Below, piece after piece: positions 10,570 through 15,912 of a stretch of 32,000 nucleotides of DNA; within the stretch, counting starts at the first letter, position 1; every line of letters begins with the position of its first letter. The translations under genes were made by a program, and so were the position numbers. Source of the stretch: Candidatus Saccharimonadota bacterium (GTDB taxonomy: Bacteria; Patescibacteriota; Saccharimonadia; Saccharimonadales; UBA4665). Where the stretch lies: NCBI GenBank assembly GCA_003516025.1, contig CP023991.1, positions 330,001-362,000 of the forward strand, in the 5' to 3' direction. The notes below the pieces were generated by a model. It saw only the letters and a list, made by a program, of their open reading frames with translations. It was not told the DNA's origin and searched no databases.

Positions 10570-10588
10570 CGCATAAACAGAATAAGGT

Positions 10589-10604
10589 TAGAATAAACAT
10601 AAGC
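10589..10604 (+). promoter_or_regulatory. putative -10 box of gene G plus AAACATAAGC box
   Basis: TAGAAT (10589-10594) followed directly by AAACATAAGC (10595-10604), then TATG with the start at 10606. No convincing -35 box. Confidence 0.45.
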
Positions 10605-10605
10605 T

Positions 10606-11523
10606 ATGAGGTTTGAAAAGCGCATCATTTTGTTACTGCAAGCTAGCATCCTGGCTTGTTCGTGCTTAGTGGCTTTCGCCGTACCGCAGGCTAGCGCTGC
10701 CATAAACAAAATACCCGAACCTGATCCCAAACCTAATTCATTCGGCCTTGAGGCCACTAAAACGCAGCCGGCGCCAACTCAGGGCGCGACTATATCGGTG
10801 CCCGGCAGCGGCGCGTCGTTTAGTACCTCGCCTGTAACGGTTAGCGGTATCTGTCCGAAGGGCTTGCTGGTACAGGTATACAACAACGGCGTGCTGGCGG
10901 GTTCCATAGACTGCGCCAACGGCAGCTTTAGTATCCAAGTAACACTCTATAATGGCACAAACGAATTAACGGCGACCGTTTTCGATGATCTTGACCAGGC
11001 GGGGCCGGAGTCAAACAAGGTGAGCGTTAGCTATAATAACGCGTCCATCACGGCATTTGGCCAACTTATTACGCTTACCAGCGCCTTTGGCCGTCGGGCT
11101 GCCGATCCGGGAACGCAGCTTGTCTGGCCACTGGTACTTTCGGGTGGCACTGGGCCGTACGCCTTTAGTATTGACTGGGGAGATGGCACTTCGCCTGAGC
11201 TTAAAAGCCAGGCACTGTCCGGGGAGGTTCGAATATCGCATACCTATAAGCAAGCTGGTGTGTACCATGTGATCGTTAAAGTAACCGATGCCAACGGTGT
11301 CAGCGCTTTCTTACAGTTAACGGCCGTAGCGAATGGTAAGGTAACTGCCGCCGAGACGACGGCAGCTAACACCAAAACCGTGGTCGTGACGAAAATGCTG
11401 TGGATTCCGGTGATCGTGGCAGCTATCATGCTGGTACCTGCGTTCTGGCTGGGCCGGCGTAGCGAACTGAAGAGCCTGCATAAGCGGCTGCAACATGATT
11501 TAGATACCTATAAAGATTTGTAA
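10606..11523 (+). CDS. membrane-anchored Ig-like/PKD-domain surface protein G
   Basis: 305 aa. Signal peptide ...VAFAVPQASA/AI. PKD-type block YAFSIDWGDGTSPE...ISHTYKQAGVYHVIVKVTDANG. C-terminal TM helix MLWIPVIVAAIMLVPAFWLG and a short charged tail. Confidence 0.85.
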   Translation: MRFEKRIILLLQASILACSCLVAFAVPQASAAINKIPEPDPKPNSFGLEATKTQPAPTQGATISVPGSGASFSTSPVTVSGICPKGLLVQVYNNGVLAGSIDCANGSFSIQVTLYNGTNELTATVFDDLDQAGPESNKVSVSYNNASITAFGQLITLTSAFGRRAADPGTQLVWPLVLSGGTGPYAFSIDWGDGTSPELKSQALSGEVRISHTYKQAGVYHVIVKVTDANGVSAFLQLTAVANGKVTAAETTAANTKTVVVTKMLWIPVIVAAIMLVPAFWLGRRSELKSLHKRLQHDLDTYKDL

Positions 11524-11530
11524 AAAAGTA

Positions 11531-11560
11531 TTGCGCATCATAACATAAGCATGATAAAAT
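11531..11560 (+). promoter_or_regulatory. putative extended -10 promoter of gene E
   Basis: TTGCGC (11531-11536), 18 nt, TGaTAAAAT (11552-11560). TAACATAAGC (11541-11550) lies in the spacer. An AT-rich leader of about 55 nt carrying an SD follows. Confidence 0.45.
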
Positions 11561-11621
11561 CTACTCGTTAACCATAAAAACCAAAAATATTAAAATAAAA
11601 TTAAAAAGAGGGATTAAACAT

Positions 11622-12785
11622 ATGAAATCCATAGGGATCTTCAACCGCCGCTCCAGCTCTCTCGTAGCCGCAACGGCCATGCTCCTGTCGGTCGTGGCGC
11701 CGAGTCTGGTATTTTCCAGCGCGTCAGCCGACCAGCTGACCGGCCGGAAGATAGAATTGAGCAGTTCCGCTGCCGGCGCGACCGACGTAGACTATAAAGT
11801 AACATTCACCGCTACTGAATCAGCGGCAGGATATGTCATTGATTTTTGTAGCAACAGCCCGTTGCTTGGTATGAGTTGTGTGCCACCCACCGGCATGTCC
11901 ACGGCTAGCCCTACTGCTTCAGGCGCTACAGTTGTTGACGGTCCTGCTGCACCTACAACAAACACCAGCTTAGAAATTACACAAGCTATTACGGCCGGTC
12001 CTGTGACTACAGAAGTAAGCGGCATAACCAATCCAACGACAGCCGGTCCATTGTACGCTCGTATCTATACCTATGAGGACATGGCTAATGCGGCCGTGTC
12101 ATCCAATCCAGGAACTACTGAAGACAATGGCGCAGTCGCACTGTCAATAACTAACAAAATTGGCGTATCCGCTGCCGTCCTGGAAACTATGACTTTCTGC
12201 GTATCTAAGACAGATACATCTTCGTCAGGCCATGAGAATTGCCTCGATCTAGGCGATGCCGAAGATTTGCCGAATATTCAGCTCGGTGAAGAGAGTGGCG
12301 GCGTCAAGGCGCTGCAAACTGGTATCGTAAGTAAGGGTACTATATGGACTCAAATTTCTACTAACGCCGTAGCAGGCGCCGTAGTAAGCATGAAGATTAA
12401 CAATCAATGCGGTGGCTTGAAATTGGCGGGCGTTAGTTCTCCTTGTAGCATTGCTCCTGCAATCAGCGGAAGTATTGTAGACAACGGCCCGGCTAAATTC
12501 GGTGTCAAAACCGGCACTGCGGTGGCTTCAGCGGACATCACTACCGCCCAGGGTACATACCAGCCTGCGACAGGCAGCGGTTATGGTGACAGTTCGTACT
12601 TCATGGGATTTGTTGACGGTGACGACGGTGTCACTAGCACGTATGGCGACCCTGTTCTTGACACCAACGGTGCTCCAATCAACAACATGAACATGCCGCT
12701 GGAATTTGCTGCTACGATTACTAACCAGACTCCAGCTGGCCTGTACTCGGCAGACCTCAATATGATTGCATCGGGTACATTCTAG
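11622..12785 (+). CDS. secreted protein E, paralog of B and C (hypothetical)
   Basis: 387 aa. AGAGGGA SD about 10 nt upstream. Signal peptide ...PSLVFSSASA/DQ. Motifs VDYKVTFTAT, DFCSNSPLLGMSCVPP, VLETMTFCVS, AKFGVKT and the C-terminal TPAGLYSADLNMIASGTF-stop. Confidence 0.9.
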   Translation: MKSIGIFNRRSSSLVAATAMLLSVVAPSLVFSSASADQLTGRKIELSSSAAGATDVDYKVTFTATESAAGYVIDFCSNSPLLGMSCVPPTGMSTASPTASGATVVDGPAAPTTNTSLEITQAITAGPVTTEVSGITNPTTAGPLYARIYTYEDMANAAVSSNPGTTEDNGAVALSITNKIGVSAAVLETMTFCVSKTDTSSSGHENCLDLGDAEDLPNIQLGEESGGVKALQTGIVSKGTIWTQISTNAVAGAVVSMKINNQCGGLKLAGVSSPCSIAPAISGSIVDNGPAKFGVKTGTAVASADITTAQGTYQPATGSGYGDSSYFMGFVDGDDGVTSTYGDPVLDTNGAPINNMNMPLEFAATITNQTPAGLYSADLNMIASGTF

Positions 12786-12816
12786 AAAAATCCGCCAGCC
12801 CACGGAACTCATTTAC

Positions 12817-12826
12817 AAACATAAGC
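12817..12826 (+). repeat. third exact copy of the AAACATAAGC box, upstream of gene F
   Basis: ATTTAC-AAACATAAGC-GTG. The same 10-mer occurs at 5682-5691 and 10595-10604, each time right after a -10-like hexamer and right before a start codon. Confidence 0.5.
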
Positions 12827-12874
12827 GTGTCTGTTAAGGTAAGTACAAGTAACCACTATGGGAGTTAAAAACAA

Positions 12875-13924
12875 GTGATAAAACAAACACTACGGGTTGC
12901 ATTGTTCGCGACAGTGCTTTGTGGGCTTGTAGCTACGTCCAGTGTGTCTCCTGTCTTTGCCGCGACGACCGCTCCTGCCAAAGCCAAGACGACGCCGCCT
13001 AATACCAGCACTAACACGCTTAAAATATCCCCTATCCGCACCGAAGTAACGATCATTGCAGGACAGACGAGTACCGTTAAGACAATTGTTACGAATATTA
13101 CCGGCAGTCCGATTGTGGTTGAACCGATTGAAAACGACTTCGTGGCCGGTGACGAAAATGGTACGCCAGCCCTCATCCTTGACCAGAACAGCTACGCCCC
13201 GACCCACAGCCTGAAGCGTTTTATGGTACCGCTTAAGAATGTGACGATTAATCCGGGCGAAGCCAAAGAAATCCCTGTAACTATTACCGTTCCAAAGAAT
13301 GCGCAGGCTGGTGGTTACTTCGGCGCCGTGCGCTTTGCTCCCGCCAACACCAGCGGTAGCCAGCAAGTCAACCTCAGCCCGAGCGTTGCCTCCCTGATTC
13401 TTCTGACCGTTCCCGGTCCGACCACCGAACAACTGAACCTGACGAACTTCGACATCCAACAAGATGGCAGCTCCGGCTCCAATTTCCGCACGCCGGAAAA
13501 TCTTCAGGCTTTCATCCGCTTTGAAAATAAGGGTAATGTACAACAGGCACCCGTCGGCCAGATCAACGTTAAAAAGGGCAGTAAAGTCGTGTACACCGCC
13601 GACTTTAACCAGACCGATCCGAAAGCCAACGTCCTGCCCGACAGCGCCCGCCGCTGGACCGTTCCGCTGAAAAAGCTTGGGAAATTTGGTAAATATACCG
13701 TCAGCGCCACCTTTACCTACGGCAGCAAAAACGAAAGCATTGATGTCACTAAGACCGTTTGGATTGTGCCAACGACCTACATCTACGCTGGCATCATTGC
13801 AATTGTTGTCCTGGTAGCCATCGTTGGTGGCTTCATCCTCTTCCTTAAGGGCTACAAGCGCCGCCTGTTGGGTGGCTCATCCCGCTCCGGCCGCGGTGGC
13901 CGTAATAATTACCGCCGCCGCTAG
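12875..13924 (+). CDS. cell-surface protein F: paralog of D (CscA / DUF916-DUF3324-like by architecture)
   Basis: 349 aa. GTG start with GGAG SD 10 nt upstream. Signal peptide ...SSVSPVFA/AT. C-terminal TM helix YAGIIAIVVLVAIVGGFILFL followed by an Arg/Gly-rich tail (RRLLGGSSRSGRGGRNNYRRR). Multiple conserved blocks shared with D. Confidence 0.9.
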   Translation: MIKQTLRVALFATVLCGLVATSSVSPVFAATTAPAKAKTTPPNTSTNTLKISPIRTEVTIIAGQTSTVKTIVTNITGSPIVVEPIENDFVAGDENGTPALILDQNSYAPTHSLKRFMVPLKNVTINPGEAKEIPVTITVPKNAQAGGYFGAVRFAPANTSGSQQVNLSPSVASLILLTVPGPTTEQLNLTNFDIQQDGSSGSNFRTPENLQAFIRFENKGNVQQAPVGQINVKKGSKVVYTADFNQTDPKANVLPDSARRWTVPLKKLGKFGKYTVSATFTYGSKNESIDVTKTVWIVPTTYIYAGIIAIVVLVAIVGGFILFLKGYKRRLLGGSSRSGRGGRNNYRRR

Positions 13925-13940
13925 CCTCCAGCTGTTCCGC

Positions 13941-13972
13941 AAACCCTCTCACATTGCAGGAGAGGGTTTTTT
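13941..13972 (+). terminator. intrinsic terminator after gene F
   Basis: AAA-CCCTCTC-ACATTGCAG-GAGAGGG-TTTTTT. Confidence 0.85.
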
Positions 13973-13982
13973 GCTTAAAAAA

Positions 13983-13991
13983 TGCTATAAT
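13983..13991 (+). promoter_or_regulatory. extended -10 promoter of mnmA
   Basis: TGcTATAAT, a perfect extended -10, lies 10 nt upstream of ATG 14002 with no SD in between. Confidence 0.6.
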
Positions 13992-14001
13992 AAGTATAGC
14001 T

Positions 14002-15063
14002 ATGAGTCAAACCCCAGGTCAAAAAGTCTATGTCGGCATGTCCGGCGGCGTCGACAGTTCGGTTACGGCAGCACTGCTACAAGAGCAGGGCTATGACGTA
14101 ACCGGCGTATACATGAAAAACTGGAGCCAGGATCTGCCCGGCTTTGAGTGCCCGTGGAAAGAAGACTATCAGGACGCCAAGCGCGTAGCCGTGCAACTCG
14201 GCATACCGTTTAAAATGTACGACTTCGAAACCGAGTACCGCGAACGTGTAGTCGGCTACATGCTCGACGGCTATAAGGCCGGTATCACCCCAAACCCTGA
14301 CATTATGTGCAACCAGGAGGTTAAGTTTAAGCTCTTCCTCGATACGGCACTGCAGGACGGCGCCGATATGATCGCTACCGGCCACTACGCCCGTAGCGAC
14401 AATGGCCAGCTGCTCACCGGCATAGATGCCAATAAAGACCAGAGCTACTTCCTGTACCGCGTAGCTGAAAACGCGCTTCAGCACTCGCTGATGCCAATTG
14501 GTGAATACGAAAAACCAAAAGTTCGTGAGCTTGCCAAAAAGTTCGGCTTGGCAACGGCGGAGAAAAAGGACAGCCAGGGCATCTGCTTTGTGGGCAAAGT
14601 CGGCATAAAAGAGTTCCTCCAACAGTTCGTCAGTACCAAGCCAGGAGCTATCCTGGACGCCCAGGGCACCACGCTTGGCGAGCACGACGGCGCCTTGTTT
14701 TATACCATCGGCCAGCGCCACGGCCTGAACGTCGGTGGAGGTCTGCCGTATTACGTCATTGGCAAAGACATGGCAAAAAATGAAGTCTATGTCACGACCG
14801 ATTTGCAAGACCCCGAGTTATGGACCCGGGAATATACTATTACCAGCCCGCACTGGATTAACGCCAAACCGGAAGAGGGCACTACGGACACAAAATACCG
14901 CGTACGAACCAGATACAGGGCGCCACTGGTAGCGTGTACCGTCCAGAAAGATGGTAATAACTGGAAAATCGCTATGGACGAGGATGTCCGGGCACTTACT
15001 CCCGGCCAGTCCGCCGTGCTCTACGAAGACCAGCGGGTCGTCGGCGGCGGTATCGTTATCTAA
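14002..15063 (+). CDS. mnmA: tRNA 2-thiouridine(34) synthase MnmA
   Basis: PP-loop VGMSGGVDSSV, plus NPDIMCN and GICFVG motifs. The track start 13954 lies inside the upstream terminator hairpin. ATG 14002 sits 10 nt after a perfect extended -10 (TGCTATAAT). Confidence 0.93.
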   Translation: MSQTPGQKVYVGMSGGVDSSVTAALLQEQGYDVTGVYMKNWSQDLPGFECPWKEDYQDAKRVAVQLGIPFKMYDFETEYRERVVGYMLDGYKAGITPNPDIMCNQEVKFKLFLDTALQDGADMIATGHYARSDNGQLLTGIDANKDQSYFLYRVAENALQHSLMPIGEYEKPKVRELAKKFGLATAEKKDSQGICFVGKVGIKEFLQQFVSTKPGAILDAQGTTLGEHDGALFYTIGQRHGLNVGGGLPYYVIGKDMAKNEVYVTTDLQDPELWTREYTITSPHWINAKPEEGTTDTKYRVRTRYRAPLVACTVQKDGNNWKIAMDEDVRALTPGQSAVLYEDQRVVGGGIVI

Positions 15064-15102
15064 CCCATAGCTGTTATCACAACGCTTTTGTCTCATTTAC
15101 TA

Positions 15103-15131
15103 TTGACATAAACGTTTATATATGACAATAT
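15103..15131 (+). promoter_or_regulatory. putative promoter upstream of the high-GC gene and its structured leader
   Basis: TTGACA (15103-15108), 17 nt ending in TGa, CAATAT (15126-15131). The spacer contains the perfect palindrome ATAAACGTTTAT (15108-15119). Confidence 0.5.
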
Positions 15132-15193
15132 TAATTGTCTTTGTCGAGCAGCTATTGCTCCAAAGTACCTTTACAAGCAAACAGGGAATTATG

Positions 15194-15249
15194 GGTTATT
15201 CCGGGATATCAGCTTACCGGCTCAGGTAATTTGATACCTCGGAATAACC
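15194..15249 (+). other. long imperfect hairpin in the 5' region of the high-GC gene
   Basis: GGTTATTCCG (15194-15203) pairs perfectly with CGGAATAACC (15240-15249). Inner pairing GGaTATCA/TGATAcC and TTACC/GGTAA surrounds the loop GGCTCA (15219-15224). An alternative hairpin CCTCGG-AATAAC-CTGAGG (15237-15254) competes for the 3' arm. Confidence 0.5.
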
Positions 15250-15301
15250 TGAGGAACCAGCAGAGCCTATTCATAGGTTCTACTACAGCAGGGGGAAACA
15301 A

Positions 15302-15754
15302 GTGCGTACTCGCTCCAACAAGATCCAGCTCGTGACCATCGGGCTCCTGGCGTTCGCCATGGTGCTCACCGCGCTGTTCGGCCCGTCCACGTCTGCGGCT
15401 CCGGTCCAGGACAACGGCGTCTCGGCCAGCGACCTCGCCGCCGGCGACATCTCCGACAACGTGGTCGACTCGCAGCTCGGTGGCACCAACCTCGGCAGTC
15501 CCGACACCGACACCGTGGCATCCAGCCTCGTGCGGATGTCCTACTGCGGCATGCGCAACGGACGCATCCTCATCGGCGGCTGGGGGGCCTTCACCTACCG
15601 GCTCGACGCCAGCAGCCTCAAGCCCGCCAGCATGAAGTACGGCCAGGTCTACAACTTCACCGTGGACACCAACTCGTTCGTGGCCTACCACGTGGCCTAC
15701 GCGCCGCGCGCCGGTGTCCTGGACATCCCGTCCTGCCGGCGGATCGGGGCCTGA
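15302..15754 (+). CDS. small secreted protein of unknown function on a high-GC island (putatively horizontally acquired)
   Basis: 150 aa. GTG start with AGGGGGA SD 6 nt upstream. Sec-type signal peptide (IGLLAFAMVLTALFGPSTSA/AP). Only 9 of 150 sense codons end in A or T. Mature part has 2 Cys. I recognise no family. Confidence 0.75.
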   Translation: MRTRSNKIQLVTIGLLAFAMVLTALFGPSTSAAPVQDNGVSASDLAAGDISDNVVDSQLGGTNLGSPDTDTVASSLVRMSYCGMRNGRILIGGWGAFTYRLDASSLKPASMKYGQVYNFTVDTNSFVAYHVAYAPRAGVLDIPSCRRIGA

Positions 15755-15768
15755 CGGTCTGAACTGAT

Positions 15769-15807
15769 CCAGCGGCCGGTGGCAGCAACATCGCCATCGG
15801 CCGCTGG
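15769..15807 (+). terminator. GC-only hairpin after the high-GC gene (no U-tract)
   Basis: CCAGCGGCCG (15769-15778), a 19-nt loop, CGGCCGCTGG (15798-15807). Followed by a C-rich run (CAACCCCCCCCACCTCC) rather than T residues. Confidence 0.45.
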
Positions 15808-15876
15808 ACTACCGCGCTGGTACAACCCCCCCCACCTCCTCTTTTGACTCCTTGTTTGCTTGTATATTCCCCTCAT

Positions 15877-15905
15877 TTATCATCTGCAATTACCTCTGTT
15901 ATACT
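15877..15905 (+). promoter_or_regulatory. putative extended -10 promoter of alaS (leaderless)
   Basis: Weak -35 TTATCA (15877-15882), then TGtTATACT (15897-15905). ATG 15913 begins exactly 7 nt downstream. Confidence 0.55.
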
Positions 15906-15912
15906 AGACGGC

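Larger units (their letters stand above)
15297..15840. other. compositional island (about 62-72% GC against ~40-50% flanks), likely foreign DNA
   Basis: Hand counts of 60-nt lines give 48% (15241-15300), 62% (15301-15360), 72% (15361-15420), 68% (15781-15840) and 37% (15841-15900). The island contains one ORF, its SD and a GC-only hairpin. Confidence 0.8.

Noticed and set aside
13954-14001. Upstream extension of mnmA (track start 13954)
   Set aside because: It would begin inside the loop of the rho-independent terminator of gene F and upstream of the TGCTATAAT -10 box. MnmA homology begins at MSQTPGQKVYVGMSGG.
14077-14808. 243-aa minus-strand ORF opposite mnmA
   Set aside because: It is antisense to a well-supported conserved gene, and no promoter or SD is visible. 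Shadow ORF.
15194-15300. Possible SRP (4.5S) RNA, suggested by CAGG...GGAA...AGCAG-like strings
   Set aside because: The conserved domain IV sequence (GGUCC-GGAA-GGAAGCAGCC type helix with symmetric loop) cannot be aligned without large insertions. I therefore treat the region as an unclassified structured leader.
15209-15691. 160-aa minus-strand ORF inside the high-GC island
   Set aside because: High-GC DNA yields long antisense ORFs by chance. The plus-strand frame has about 94% GC3, a signal peptide and an SD. The minus-strand product is Gly/Val/Ala/His/Arg-rich nonsense and runs out of the island into the AT-richer leader.
15844-15912. TTG-initiated extension of alaS, and likewise 23124-23201 for mltG
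   Set aside because: The alaS extension covers the predicted promoter and has no AlaRS similarity. The mltG extension lies inside ruvX, and ATG 23202 gives the expected short cytoplasmic tail plus TM helix.
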